Assembly: GCA_001949185.1 (NCBI GenBank)
Contig: BDGG01000015.1
Span: 873,036 to 937,035, forward strand
DNA: 64,000 bases
Reading direction: 5' to 3'
Source of the DNA: Ramazzottius varieornatus
Lineage: Eukaryota; Animalia; Tardigrada
In this document: positions 23,673-38,600 of the stretch, piece after piece
Layout: every line of letters begins with the position of its first letter
Numbering within the stretch: position 1 is the first letter of the stretch
Notes under the pieces: generated by a model
What the model saw: the letters and a program-made list of their open reading frames with translations, nothing else
What the model was told of the DNA's origin: nothing
Database searches by the model: none
Program-made: the position numbers and the translations under genes

Positions 23673-25425
23673 TTATACGTTTGTCATGGCAATACTGGCT
23701 CTTCGACTGGCTGCTACATCTTTTGGAGAAAGATGGGTGTGATTATCCTCGCTTTGACGGTTGACCGACGTCACATGAGCCATCCCATGCGATTCCACTT
23801 GACTGTCGTGGCTTGGGGTACTTTGTCCGTAGTGCGTTGATCCAGCCGGAAACTGAACAGGGCCCATTCGGTCACTGGCAAAACTGTAAATGCGTTCTCG
23901 CGGTTTGGGCGTACTTTCGAAAGCTTGGTTCACGTAGGCCGGCGCAGGCGAGTACGCGTGCTGCAAAATAAACGAGCTGACAGAGAAAATGGAAGACAAA
24001 TGCGGGACGTCGGCAAATGAATGCACTTAGATTGTTGTTGCAGGCGGCACATGTTTTTAGGGTTACTGGGGGGGGGGGGGGGGCACCACTTGAAAAAGCA
24101 GTCTTGTCGAGTTTGGTTGCCATACCAAGTGGCGCACGTTATCGTAGCTATTGGCCGAGAGCGTGCGCCACTTGAGAAACGATGTGGCTCGGGGGAGGTC
24201 ATTGGCCGCCTCCCATTTGGAGCTTTCATACTGTACCAGCATTTCCTCGTGCTTGGAAGTGAGGTGTGTCGGTTCGTGGGTCGTATTCATGCTGTACAGT
24301 CTGTCGCATTGGTGTGGATGTTCGGAGGCGACGACGGTTCCGATGGAGTGGCGTGGTACCAGCATGTGCGGAGGAAGAACTGGTATGTGGGGCAAGAGCT
24401 CCCTGTGCTTTCGTTTACCGGCCACCAGGAAGAGAATGGCGGTGATGAAGAGAAGCAGAGCACCAGCGACTGCAGCGGCAAAGGACCAGGAGAGTTGATA
24501 GCTGGTGACTCCTGCCACAGCGCCTTGGAACATGTTGCCCCACTGAGCGTCATTGTAGACGAAGGAACCGAAGACCACGATGGCCCCAGAGATGAAAGTA
24601 CCTGCAAAGGGCGTATTATTCTCTGTCATGTCTCGTTTTGTTGGCTCGACACGTTGATGACAGACTAGTATAGCACTTACAGGACAGCAGAAAGGTGGCT
24701 CCGATAAAGTACAGCATTCGGAATGTCTTGGGGCGAAACAAGGCGACAAGTAGGAGGATAATGGCAATGAGGCTGGCCAAAAGACCCAAGGCGTACAGTC
24801 CTTGGGTAACGGTGAAGAAGACTGCGAAGACAAAGAGAAGGACATGTTCACTGAGCTCTGTATGACGTGTAAGAACTGGGTATAGAGGAAGAGCTGACCG
24901 GGACTGGCAAAGTCATGCATGGGTTCCCAAGCCGAGTTCAAGAACCAATGGCAGATGGAGCTGTAGGTGGCCAGCCCTCCAAGACCTCCAAGTCCCCCAA
25001 GACCACTCAGTCCATAGCCAGCCATGCCGCCACGTCCACTGTAAATCCGGAAGCAGATCTGCCATAGACCCTGAAACGGAATTTGTCAGACGGCCGCCAG
25101 CACGAAGAAGCCCGATGTTCCACCCGCGTTCACCAATACGAAGGGAAAGTGCCATAGGCCAAAAAAACAGCGCAGCGGGAAAGCCGAGCAAAGGAAAAAG
25201 GCTTACCAATCTGTCAAAGGGCAATCCAAAGACGGGTTGAATGGAGAAGGGATCGTTGACCAACCAAGAGGCTGTGGCGAAGGCAATGACGGATGTGACC
25301 AGTGCTACTGTCGCCACCAAGGAGCCAGCCAACAGCAACCAGTTGGTCCTAGAAGGAGCCTTCGTCGGTATCCGCAGATGGGGATGCCAGCTTCCGTTCA
25401 TGTACAGTCTCTGATCGCCCATCAT
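23673..25425 (-). CDS. Invertebrate claudin (kune-kune/sinuous-like, PMP22/claudin superfamily)
   Basis: TM1, then FATASWL...FDRL|GLWQICF...C, PVFFTVTQ, AIVVFG...W and LSWSFAAAV. Four TM segments and a cytoplasmic tail ending TNV (PDZ-binding-like). Confidence 0.8.
24060..24195. repeat. Family A element in claudin intron (first unit eroded by a poly-G run)
   Basis: CCAAGTGGCGCAC-N25-GTGCGCCACTTGAGAAACGAT and linker TGTCGAGTTT. Confidence 0.8.
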
Positions 25426-26619
25426 GAACAAATGGATTTCTAGACTCGACGCTCTTTACTCCTGCTCAGTAGAAAACAATCTTTCCTGCAGCCATTTCAC
25501 TTTGCACAGTTTAGCTGCCTGGAACAGAATGAACCATCTTTCTACGGTTATTGTCTAAAGCGCTGGACTGTATACTTGCATGGTATCAGGCCGAGAGCTA
25601 GCGTTGAGACTTAGTCACAACCTAGTCTGAAGTTTGGCTCTACTCAAAAGCTAACTCATGCGCTTCTCCTGCACTTGAGGAGGCTGTTTTGTTGACGATA
25701 CCCCGACTAAAACTTGCTGACCATAGGAAGAGTAATTAAGACAGTGGAACGTCAACAAGCTCTCCCGGACATCATTTTCCTCTGAATACAAGGTGATACC
25801 CATAAGTTGGAACGATTTTTGACGTGAATAGAGAAATGAGCAGTGCTTTCACTTCTTCGAAAATTCGTTCCCAGATACGTGTAACTATCAAAAACATTGT
25901 GTAGAAATTTTGTCGGGGTGTCGTGGTCCAGAAGGAGCACAGTGCTGAAGACGTGAACTAGGTGGAAATCAAAAAGTTTTCGCAAAACCAACATGCATTG
26001 CACTTCAGGCTGGTTTGCTTGCGTGCGAAACGTTTCAGAATAATTTCGCTGATGCTATTCTGTTGGAAAACCCTTCTAGTTATAGTAGAAAAATATCATT
26101 CACGAGTTCGTGTACATGGTTGGATCTGTGAGGGACAATATTGCTGTAACTGAGGGGGGTAAGCAAAGTTTTCCGCGTATCTTTTGAACTAGTTTCTCCA
26201 TCCACAGCGTGTTCGAGCGGTCGGTTTGTTTTGTAAAAGTCAGTCCAAACATGCTTCTTTCATGAAACAATTTCATGAGGAAATGTAATCGTTTTTCCCG
26301 TCAGATATAAATAATTTAACTGAGGTTCCCACTTTTTACCCGTAAAATTCATGTTTTCAGTGGCTCACAACAATCAAACGATCAATGGTTTGTTGAGGAG
26401 ACCTTCACAAAAATTCAAGATGAAGACATGCTCTATCGAAAGAGTTGAAATTTGGAATTGTATTGCTAGAAGCGACTTTACCACGAATTTTCAAATCGTT
26501 CCAACCTACAGGGATCACCCTGTATTTCTTTGTTTGTGTCATCATCCACTACCGACTAGAAATGTTTTGCACAAACCATTGTTGGCCAGTCAACAAAACG
26601 GCAAACACTCGAGAGAGGC

Positions 26620-29600
26620 TTATAAGGAAGCTATGACATCACAGCGAATACTTGACGATACTCTATTGCCCAAAGAAGCTTTCGTCTTCTTGTTTTCCGC
26701 AACTGATGGAAGGGTGTTTGAATGGGGAATGGGCGCGTTGTTGAGCAGCGGCGACATTGCATCCTTCGCTTCCATGGGCGGAGACGACACTTCTATCAAA
26801 TCTGCAACAGCAGTCAAAAACAAAATAGGGTTTTCATCTGTCACGTGTACAAAACAAAAAAACTATCGCCTGAAGTCACCCAATCGGCGGACGCTCGCAG
26901 CGCAGTAACTCAGTCAGCTTGCGCCACTTGAGAGAATAATCGAACTCGACAACCGTAGTAGCCCCAAAGTGGCGCGCAAATCCGGCCGAAAACAATGAAA
27001 ATTTGCGCCACTTGAGACAACGATCTGGGTGAAATCATTCTGTCCATGTCCGTATCGTAATTCGTTTTGATTTTCTACGATTTACCTATTGCATCAGAAA
27101 AGGAAGAGTCTCTCAGCGAAGGCGACGAAGTGGCTCGGTGATTGCTCATCTGATGAATACTGTCTTTTCTACCATTGAGTGTGCCTTTGGAGTTGCTGAC
27201 GACGAAGAGGCTGGAGACGCCGCGCCCTGATGGAACCACCTGGTCACTATCGGCAGTAGGACTAGTTGGGCTGACAGAGTTCTTCCGCGGAGGTAACTTT
27301 TCGTGCTTTAGCGACTTTTTGGAAGGAAAGACAGGGTCGGCACCTCCAACGTACACTCCACCGAAGATGTCAGCTATGCTCTTGGCCGTGTCCTGCAGGG
27401 GCGTGCCGGACTCGTCTGCGTCAGTGATGGTCGGTAAGCCCATGTTGGTACTTGGACGATGACTGCGAGCGGAAATCGAACGAATTTAAGAAAGGCTTTA
27501 ATAATTGGGACGTGAGCAAATGAACTCAGAAAAATCGCTACTTTTAGTGACGCAGGTTTTCCTTGTAACTGACGAAACATGTGCGCCACTTGGGCAAACT
27601 ATGCCGCCGTGTTTGATGGCTTTGCTAAGTGGCGCACGCCTCCAGTGGTATTGGCTGGAAGTGTGCACCACTTGGGTTAAGGATCTGGTTGAAGCGATTT
27701 GCCCACGTCCCAGTATAACAACAGATGAAAGGGGTTAGTAGGTGTCAGGGATTACTTGGAGGATGGTTCAGAGAGGACGGTAAGGGAAGTGGGGCCATCA
27801 AGACTATTTTTCCGGGGTTTGTAGTGGACGTACATGCACTTGGAGGCAGCGCTGGCTGAGACTTCGACCAGCGGCCAACGGTCCGACCGGTCCTCCGACT
27901 CGTCTTGCGACATGGAAGCTGCTTCCTCGTCCTCGTCGGATGTTAGACCTGAGATACAATTGGGTCCTTCAGGCTGACTTATGCTGAAGTGATAAAGCCA
28001 GCAAGGACGAACCTTTGAAGCTGATCTTTTGCCGAGGGCGCTGAGGGTTCCCCTGTTTCTGCAGCAACTCCCGCGCTTCGTCTCCTAACTCTTTGATCAG
28101 CTCTTCCAGCTCGGTAGATTTCTGGCAGAGGACAATGGTCATGGACAGCAAATTGCGGTGAACCGGCAAGCTTACCGTTTGGAAAGTCTCTTTTAGCTTG
28201 ACATTTTGGTCCTGCAGCTGTTTAACCCTGTGCTGCATATCGGCGCTGAAAGACTCTCGTTTGCTGCTCTTGTTAGCTTTCAGGGTGGCACGGACACGTT
28301 TGGCTTCCGGGTTGGGGTTCCTCCTCAATTCCAGAATCTGCAGTCAAACACACTTGATACATTTATGTAAGAAATAATTGATGGGTGTGAAAAAGACGGG
28401 GGCGTACTGTACCTTAGGCACGAAAACAAGGCACAGTGTGATGGTCGTACAGAAGATGATGAAGACACTGATGATGATAAATGCATACTCCTGTTGGTCC
28501 GTCAGGATGATGGAGATGGCCACGCCGATGACGCACATGATGACGACATTGTAGACGCTCATCCCAATGTACTTTGAATCATTCAAGGCCGGGATGGTCA
28601 CGTGACGAGTTTCCCAGGCCAGGAAGCAGCCAAAAGCCTGTCCAGCATAAATCGATCAAAATCAAAGGCAAAGGAGAAATCCTCAAGAAGATGAGGTGCG
28701 ATCGAGCGGGCACACCAACATCCTTTCCACCTACCATCAGGATGCCTTTGAAGGCGTAGGTTACTCCCAGGTAGATGGTCATGTGCTCCGACACACAGAA
28801 GCCAATCTGCGGTTTTATCAGATAATCGTTCTTGATATCCTCCTACGAAAAAACGGATAATCATACTGAAATTATTCTTCTACAACAGGCTATGCAGTGG
28901 TCGTCCATCAGGTGAGGACTAAGTCATTGTTTGCATGAATCAGGGCGCTGATGATCGATAGATGGCCAAGATTGGTGTGTCACGGATAGCGTCGAAGACT
29001 TACAAATTCCTGAAGGGATTTGGTGGTGTATTGAAAGGGATCTTGAAGCTGCCATGTGATAAGGATGACAAGGTCAAAGACCAGAAGAAGGCCCACGATG
29101 AGGAAAAGCTGGTAATCCTTGATGACCTACAAGGCAAGAAATTGGCATGACCTTGATGCACTGGAATACCTCTAGAGTTTTGGCCAAATAGCCGCCACCT
29201 TTTTGTTCAGCTTGATGTTGGTGAAGATTGCGTGAACACGCCATGTTTTACTGAACATGGCCCCGAAGGCTAGGGTGAAGCCGATAGTCAGAACCCACAG
29301 TCGTGCAGTGCAGATGGCGGGGATTTGCTCTTCACCAACCAAGCCCGTATCGACGCCCAACAGAAAGACGCTAGTGTAGGTCATGATACATCCGAAAATA
29401 ATGATATTATTGAGGTAGGGACTGGACATCTTGATATATTTGTGATGGCGGTTCTTGGTGTTGTGGACCAGGAAGGTGACGGCCATGACGATGCCGGCGC
29501 TGGACAGAGCGGCCATGGTGATAAAGACCACGAGTTGAATGTGCTCTAAGCGCACCACCTCGATGGTTCGATCCCTTGGCGCATTCCCACCTACAACCAC

Positions 29601-32600
29601 AATCATCTGTCAACATTTAACATGCTCCAGTGACCTGGGGCAAATATCTTTACCATGCCAGAAAATGGGGGCGGTGCCCACACTAAAGTCCATGAAAGAG
29701 CTATCGTTGTGGTATAAGGCGATGATGCGCTCTTCGGCCCAATTGGAGGATGCCTCGATGACTTGGAACTGCTTGACCAGTATTCGGCCGACGCGTTCGT
29801 TGTTGAAGAACTTGACGGGACCGGTCACGCCCACAAACTCCGTGTTCTTTAAGGCCGACAGGAAACGCTCCGACCAGAATTTCATCTTGTAGTCGAACAT
29901 GTCGATGGTAGTTCCCTTTGGCAGCTACAAAGAAGAGATTGAACCGTAGCTTGGAGAGGCCGGGAAAAATTGCAGGTGGCGCACCACTGACCTGCTGGAT
30001 GACGATGCCGATAGCTTTGGCCATGGCCCAGACGCCGTCATAGGTGTAGCCATGGAAGGGGCTGTAGTCGGAGCCTTTGCTGGCTTCGTACATGGCTTCG
30101 TACTGCGATGGAGTCAGCTTGGATATGGTCGGCTCGTTGTCCAAGCTCAGTGGAAGGATGTCGGTACTGAGGTAGCCGTTGAGGGAGGTGACGAGCTGCT
30201 CGCTGGAGCACTGCTGCCCATCTTCCTCCTCCTCCACCATCCACCAGTCCTTGCTGTAACCTCCCCATATCACCCACTGATACTTCCGTCCGTACATGCT
30301 CAGCTTGTAAGCCTACAAAGACTGGACATTGAAACAATACAAAGTCGGCAAACACCATGACGTCACTGCGCAAGTCAAGCAGGCCTCTGTCATACACCTG
30401 CATACATGGCCTCAATACACTCTGACAATGGTGGGGTATGCAGGTGCGAGAAAGACTGCCAGGTGTCTCTTTGTCAATGCCTGTAAATATGGGTACCTCA
30501 CAAAAGACGACTCGTGCCCACGTTTCGTTGAAGCTTCCAAAGATGATTCGCGCGCCCTTTTGAACAAACTGTTGCAAGGCATTACGCAGCTCGGAGAGGT
30601 CGGTGAAGGATCGCTGAACCAGCAGCCGGTAACGTTGAGCACTTGGATCGGTCCCCGTTGCCATCAGATGGTTATGTGCCTGCAAGGGCAAACGATGAAA
30701 ATAAAGGACCTCAGCAGCTGAGCTTGAAAGCTAGGAAGAAGATCAGTGAGCTGTACCAGCGAGTATCGTGGCTCGTTCTGGTATAAGGTGGCTACGTAGG
30801 TCCAGTTGAAAGACCTGAGCAGTTCCAGCCTGGCGTAGTTGAACTGGTTCTCGCTAGGAACTATCCGGTACCTATAAAAAGGATACCTGCTGTTGCGCCA
30901 CCCACGAGAAGATATACCTCCTCCGGGCAGATGCAGCGCTTCAAATGTTCACTTGGAGAGAAAGTGGTCTTACAGGTTGGGGAACTTCATGTGGTCATAC
31001 ATGGGGTGCGTGTCTGCGTACGAAAGCTGCGAAAAGACAAAGGTTAGTTGTTCTTTCTGTCACGTGTGGTGTTTGATGGCGATGGGGCGCGGAGGAAGTG
31101 GTGGCATTTAAGAGTGAATACGTACTTGAGCAAGGTGAAGAAATTGGCTGGCTTGAGCAATGGGTCCTGTCACTTCGGTGCAGGCGCTTCCGAAGACCAT
31201 TAGGCGCCGACCCGGCTTCTTGTACAACATGTCCAGGAAGGCTTTGATGCCCAGTGCGGCATCACACTGTAAAGGAAGGGGGGTGAGCTTAATGATACGA
31301 GATCGAGATCGTTACAGCCTTGCAATCACACAATAAGTCTTGATGCTCATTGATGCCTCTGTCAATGTCGGCTGTTTTTTTTTATCATGACAACTAAGGC
31401 CCAGCTGCCGGCCAACAAACCTTAGTCCTCTTCATCCATGGCTTGACATCAGATATGCTGGGGAAAAAAACGGGAAAGCCCTCGGCGTAGGCAAGTTATC
31501 GTTTGCATAGACAGCATCATAAGTATCAATCATTAGCCCACAGTAACTTAAATCCAGCCGACTTTCCCACACCACGCTTCATCAACTCACGGACATTTGA
31601 GACACCATGCATAGCAAAACAAAACGTCTGTTCAGTTTGAAATTACACCTTGAACAGAGGAGATGTTTTTCTCCCGCCGGACCACACTGCTGCTTTGTCC
31701 GACGTGCAGTTCCAAGAACCACGAAGATTGTACCCTTCACTCCCCCCCCCGCTTTTTCCTACGAATTTCTGCCCTTTCGGATTGTGTCATCAGTGTTTGT
31801 CGATGCCCTCACGCAAGAGTAGGCAAGATGTGTCTTGATCATCTTGGAATATTTGAGCGTTGGGTTGGCTATGGTCGTTGTAATTTAGCTAAGTTGTCGA
31901 CAAGTCTGGATCAATTTCGCCATCGTTTTTTGTATCATTGTCGCGCTTGAACGCCGAGTGGCCGACACTATGGTCAGATTGTGGATGATGATGGAGGAAA
32001 GGCTGCTTGGATGAAGTGGAAGTGCTGTCACAACATATCATCACGTTTCACAAGCTAGGTTATGCAACTTTGCATGATCTGCACAAAAAGGGGAAGACTA
32101 CAGCCAAGGAAGCCTTTGACCCTTTGCGGACAAGGAGTTGCTGGAAGATTCAGAAGGGGAAGGAATGAATGTGTATTCTTGCAGTTTGGCTGGTGGGCAT
32201 CATGGCATCATGCAATAACCATTAAAAGTCGATGATCATTAGGCCACAAGCGAAGGCAATTAACAATAGTCTGCCCATCGACAGAACGAGCCATCGACAA
32301 GGTCCCCACTGACTGCCGCCCATATCTTGCCCGCCTTCCTCAACCAGCCATTTCCATTTTGGCCAGGGAAGAGACAACTTCCTGTAAAACAGAGGCAGGA
32401 GGACAGTCTAGTGTATCAAGTCAGCAGATGCCGTCTTGAGGCGCTTTCAAGGCAAAGCCTAACGAGGCGGCAACGTGTCATCCTGCTAGATGATGCACTT
32501 TCAGCATCGCCATAACGCTCCCACCATCTAGAAATGATGAATCCATTATTCAACGGATATTCCCACTTCCACAAATTTTATTACAAGCACAAGATCCATC

Positions 32601-35600
32601 ATTACCAGAAGAAAACTAACCGCGAGCAAATTTCACTGCTTTTCTGCCTCATAACCTACGTGGACCCATTCGAAGGCGCCCCGCTTTTCGTCTGTTTTTG
32701 TTAGAGAAACAAATCCGAACTTGCGACAGAAGCCTTATCGTCGGGGAGACGTTGGGGGAAAAGGAGGGAGAAAGCGATGCTGGTTCAGTCTGGTTGGACA
32801 TAATCTAGGCGCGAGCGGTAGGGCTCGGCTGACATGCAATATGTGATCATGTGTCGACCGGCCAACATACAGTATTTGATTTTTGCGACTTTGTCAAGAA
32901 TATCATACCCCGTCGGATGAATATTTAGGCCACTGTTGGGTGGCCTCTTTTACACTGAAATCTGTTCAACAAAGGTATAAAAATAGTAAAGTGTCGAAAT
33001 GGATAGCGCCGGCAGTGCCGTAAAGCCGTAACATTATCCGTACAGGCTTGTCCAGTCAAGAGCCTTCTTCAAACTTTGCCCTGCTGCAACAGGGAGCTCT
33101 TGACGGGCAATTGGAGATGGAGAGCTATGAATTGGTGGCTGGCATAAACGATGGCGACAAAAGCTGTAGCGACCCAAAGGAATTAGCAGAGATGTTTTAC
33201 GAGCAAGGCGGCAGTCAAAATGCCACAGTCAGCCATAAACACGCTACTTAATCATGACAGTTAGATGGATTGCGTCATTTGCAGCCCAGTCGTACTCAGC
33301 CATTCTTCCCTCCACATTTTATCCCAATTTTCTTCATGCCATGGCCATTATAGCTGCTTAGCCAGCTCGCCTTCGCTGCCATGCGCCACAGAAAGCTTCC
33401 AACAAGCAAGGCGTACACTCTGCCCGCCATACCCCTCTTGGACACCCCGGCCCACATATTCCTCCACTAGACTAAGGGGAGCTACAGGAGCGACGCCAGA
33501 TTCGAAAAGCTACCTTATGATCCTCCACAAGAAACAAAAATGTCGAGTGTGAGCACGACTCCGACAACGAACAGATTCGGAAGTTTGGCTGGCATTGCCT
33601 TCATCACTTTTCAAGCACTGCATACAGCGACCCACAGCCCGAATATAAGGTAGTGGTATGCAGGAGCGTGCAGCATTTGCCAAACTTGCGCTCCAAAAGA
33701 AACCCATCTGCCAAGTCTCTATATTGTACCGACCAAAGTATCTCAAGCTGGCTTCTAAGACCAAGAAAGCAACCCGACCTAGTCGAACATCCTACATACA
33801 TAATAGCATGCCTACAAGAACCTACCTCGAAGCAACTGCTCGCTGGCACAGACTTCCTTCGGCCTTGAAGGTGCATGGCTCATGGTTGCAACTTCCGGCT
33901 TACCGCTTCGCAATCAAGTCACACGGTCTCGTAGCCAACAATAAGAACTTTGGACCATCCAGGCTCCAACCAGCCAGGCCGCCAGCCTTTGTCCACGAGC
34001 GACACATAATGCCAACGTTAAGATCCATTGTACCAAGGCCTGACTGACGTCCTAATGAATCGTCCCTAATTCATGATAATGTCATTGTCAGCCAGCCCCG
34101 TCCTTGACTCTCTTCAACAGCCACGTCCCAGCGGGGAACCCACAACCCTCTGTCCCATACAAAATCCGCGACGGCGACAGACGTTACCCTGCGCAACTGC
34201 CTCGAGATGGAAATCTCCAGAGTCCAGACTAGAGCAGTATCTCAAAGAGCCACTCCTTTGTCAGCTGACAAAGTTCCTTGCAAAACTCTGAATTTTCCAG
34301 CTGTTTCCACATTCAAAGCTTCTAAGCATGACAAATTCCAAATAGCTGTCAAGTTCGCTTTGAAATTAACCCAATTTAGTAAATATTGTGGCCTGAAAAT
34401 GAAACTGCCCTCTCTTATTTGGCTGACAAGGTCTCCATTTTCTTCGAAGAAAACAAATGAGGATAGTTAAATGGTGAAAGCTAGTGGTTCAAGGGAGATT
34501 AGAGGGGGTTATGGTGATTCTTTTCTCTCCGTACAGAGTTTCTACGACTGCCAGCCTGGCCGTGGGAATATCTACTATATGGGCGAATCTTTTTGCCGGA
34601 CGACTTCAAGAACGAAACCCGCGGAAAATGAGTCTGTTAAGCCTTGAGGGATAACCCCACCCTTCTCAGTTCATTCCGTCACTTCATTAATGTTTGTCAT
34701 TCACACACTGTGCTAGTTTGCTTGATGATGTGGAAGAGCCTTTTAAAGGTCAGTCAAAGTCTGATATGGAGCAGACTGGCAGCACGTGGCTTCTGGTCAT
34801 CAGGAAAGCGGTAGCGCGGCGCCTTCCTCTGAATTTGTTTCCCTTTTCTCCGCGCTGACTCGATCAAGTTGCGCCACCATCGAAGCCGAAGTATGCTTCG
34901 GACAATGCAGACGAAAAACCTGCTATAGCTTGCACCTAAAGAGAAACGATTCGGTCATCACAACGGCTCAGGTGTATCCGTCGTGCAAACTTTGGCCAGG
35001 GACCGCCAGTCCGGACAGGGAGGAAAGGCGGATGAATCCTGTTATGTGGGCGACAGTATCAATACCGCCAAGGCCTTATGTACACACACCCCCTTCGATC
35101 GCCAAACGTAATTCCCCAAACTTTGTAGCAAAAGACCCAGCCAGAACAGAAAGACAGCCTTTCCCCCACGGACGTCAGTTTTTCACTATCAAAACCGTAT
35201 ATATAAAATTTCTTGTTTTAGCCTAAATCTTTAGTCCATTTTGAAGAATCGGCGTTCTGTCATTTCAAAGATTGAAGAGTGGAAAATTATTCTGTAGCCA
35301 CCACATGACAAAAATGAATAATTTCAGAAGGGGAAAATGTCGAGCGAAGGTGCAGCAGATGACACGGCGACGGCACGTGCTGCAGCACACCTCGATAAAA
35401 TGAATAATTTAGCCAGATATGGAGGCAAAAGTATGGATGATGAAGTGAAGTGACCGGAAGTTGAACGCAGCGTGGACTTGACGATTTGAGAAAGTCCTCG
35501 ACACGAAGATGATCGAGAAGCTGACTTTTTACTGGAGTAAGTCCGACGAGTTTATTTTCGAGGCGGCATGCGTAATCAAAACGGAGCAAAAAGATACAAT

Positions 35601-38600
35601 GTCAAGGCTAATTAGGTGGTCATGCGAAGAGCTCTGCTACTGGCAGTGTCTTTCTGGTGTGATGCTTTGCTTTCCGTCACATCAACAATTCAATTTGCGT
35701 CAACAAAAAGAGGACGAGTGGCCAGTCGATACACATCTACATAGTATGGAAGTAAAACGCAACATAGGTTGCGCATGGGGATGATTGACGGATGGTTATT
35801 GCCAGCTTTCAGCCTCCATGTTGCAGATTGTTTCCGTTGCCTTCATTAGGCCGGCGATGTGGGCGCTTAAAGCTAGCCTTGCATGCTGTGTGGAGGACCA
35901 TTTGCCGCTTAGACCGACAGTCCCGGAAGTTATCGGCCCTTTTTGCCGGCCAAATGGCTCACCAGGAGAGATGGCGAGCTGCCGCTTGACGTTCCTCCAA
36001 AGAAGTCAACCTGAAGCTGGGCTGTAGGCGCAGGAGCGGCAGCCAATGTTAATTACACATCAAACGACGGGCGGCCTTCAAGGCCTGCAGTGCGCCGATA
36101 TGAGCAATCTGCCATTTAATGTAGCGTAACAGGCCAGTTTCCGCCTAACGCTTTGCTTTTTCCCCCCGTTTTTTCCTCCATGTTTAACCAAACTTCCTAC
36201 CAGCCACTCACTCCCCAAGTTTCCCAACTGTACACTCAAAGTCTGGCACATCTCCTGCCCCAAAAAGAAAAGGTACCTTACATTTCTTACAATATTTTTG
36301 AAAAAATTTGCAACAACTGAAAAACTGACATTTAAAACAGCAATTCATAATGTCGGTGAAAATATTTTCTGTTTCGGCAAAGTTGTTTTTCTGTAAGGGG
36401 GGTAAACTGTGCGCGTAAAATTTTAGGATTATTTTCTCAAGGGGTGAATCGACAGCCCAGCCAGAAGGGTAATGGGTAAAGTTGAGAAATGCATAGTGAG
36501 GGCTCGAGTGTGGGTCTGGCTCCTCCAGGAAGAGCATCAAAAGAAACTTTAGGGGAAAAAGAAAATAAAACTGGAGAAGCCAGTAGCAGTAAAGGAAAAG
36601 AGGGGGAAAGAGAGCTGGGAAGAATTAGCTGGATGGAGGGAGAAAGTCGATTGTTACGGCAGTGACTTTTGATGGTTATTTTCTTTCGATATGCACAATA
36701 AATATGCCGTCGAGGCGAGCCAGTCCAGATTGAGAATAGAGATATTAATGCAACGAACGGGACAAAAGGTCCCGCTACAGCTAGGCTCGACAGTGAGGGC
36801 TTGCGATGCGCAACGATCGGCGGGATGATCCAGTCAACGCCCATCAAAGTTCGCTGATGTGTGCCCATTATGGATTCATTTTGCAGCAAGATCTATGATC
36901 TGACGCTGCATATCATCATAACCATAGATTTCCTTCCAAGCCGCGCTCCTTTCCCCATCGGCATGGTCTGCGTCAAGGAAGGCTATAATTTATCTTGTGG
37001 AATTTGTCTTAGCGACGGGAAGCGACATGCGAACATTGCCGGCCTACGGTTTCAGCTTAAAATACATGCCATGTTTGCTCCTCTTGTCGGCTAAAGTACT
37101 GACATGTGTCGTCCAACATGCCATTGTAATTTCCGACTTAACAATATATTCCAAAGCCAAGAAAGTCTACTTGATGAAATAATTGCTGACATGTGTCTCT
37201 AATGTTCCCCGGACCACGCGCGCACGTTTGCGTCACCTTTTACCGAAGGGAGATCACACTGATCGACCTCAGCCAACGAAAATTTCTCAAGAAGTCTATG
37301 AATTTTCGTGAAAGCTAACACCAGACAGAATTCAGTGTAACGCAGACAAGAATCCTAAATTTAACTTCCGCGTTCGGAACACATTTTGATGGCTTGAATG
37401 GTCGGTTTATATTTGTCATGCTTATGATGCGTGAAAAATAATGTCGGGGTTAATGGCGAAAATAATGAGGTGTTGAATTGCTGAGGAAATTTAAGATTTA
37501 ACGATGCTGGCTGTTCAGGTCGAGCTGAAGACGCTGCCTCCTTATGGCTCTAATTTACGTGTAACGACAAATTTTGTGACGTGTGTCCGATCGTGCTGAT
37601 GAGAGTAAATATATCATACGGGAGGGTTCTCCGGCGCAGCATGCATGCAGCAACGACACGCAACATTTTGCTGTATGAATGTCAGTGAATGCAGCCAAAT
37701 CGGAAATGGACAAGTCATTAAAAGTACAGAGCTTAGCCAAAGACCGACAGCCAAGAGCAAACTTGTGAAACAAGCGCCAAAGCAAACTATCGTCAAGAAG
37801 TCGTCAAGAAGATACAGGGCCAAGTCAGCAGCCAAGGCAGATGCAGAAATGGAGGCTTCCATGGCTCCCATATTATTGGCCACTCGACATTTTGATCGTT
37901 TCAAGAAGGCCTGACTACGCCATGCCATTGTGGGCTAGCTTCCTTCATCCAGCTCTTCTTCCTTCCCTCCTGACGGAAGCCCCGATGGCCAGCCCGTGTC
38001 AAGACTAAAGAGGCCGAGACCGCTGTGTCTACCGAGGAGCTAAGAGCCTTGTAAATCGGAAATACTATTGATTGTGTCCACAGGGACAGCCATGCAGCTC
38101 GATGGCCTACGACCAGACGATCGCGAGTGATCCAGCTGTGCATGCCTACAATACACACACACAATGTATCAACCAAACCCAAGCGTCGCTCCACTTGCCC
38201 TTCCTTACACAATCAAATATCATCAAATATTCACGCATCAATTAACCGATAAATTAGTCTCATAATTTCACAATTGCAAAGCGGAAACTCATCCTATCAA
38301 CCTGAAAAGTATCTTATACATTTAAAGATGGTATTCCGATTTTTCCGCCCACAAAGAAAAAGGTCATCAAGTGTCCCGGACATGATGATACTATATTCAG
38401 AAGCAATATACCCGAAGACATTGCTCATTATTTGAGTGTTAAAAGTTGGATTTCAACGACATGAAGCTTGTAATTTGATTAGACAATCAATAACCGCGAT
38501 GTTGACGTACTCTGGAAAATTAATGTGGTGCTACAAGCAACTAGGGAAACCCAGGGACTGTGGTGGATTCTTCGAGGACCCATTGCATGGCCATAATTAC

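Noticed and set aside
24068-24083. Poly-G run producing a poly-Pro or poly-Gly ORF segment
   Set aside because: Intronic homopolymer within a repeat copy; not coding.
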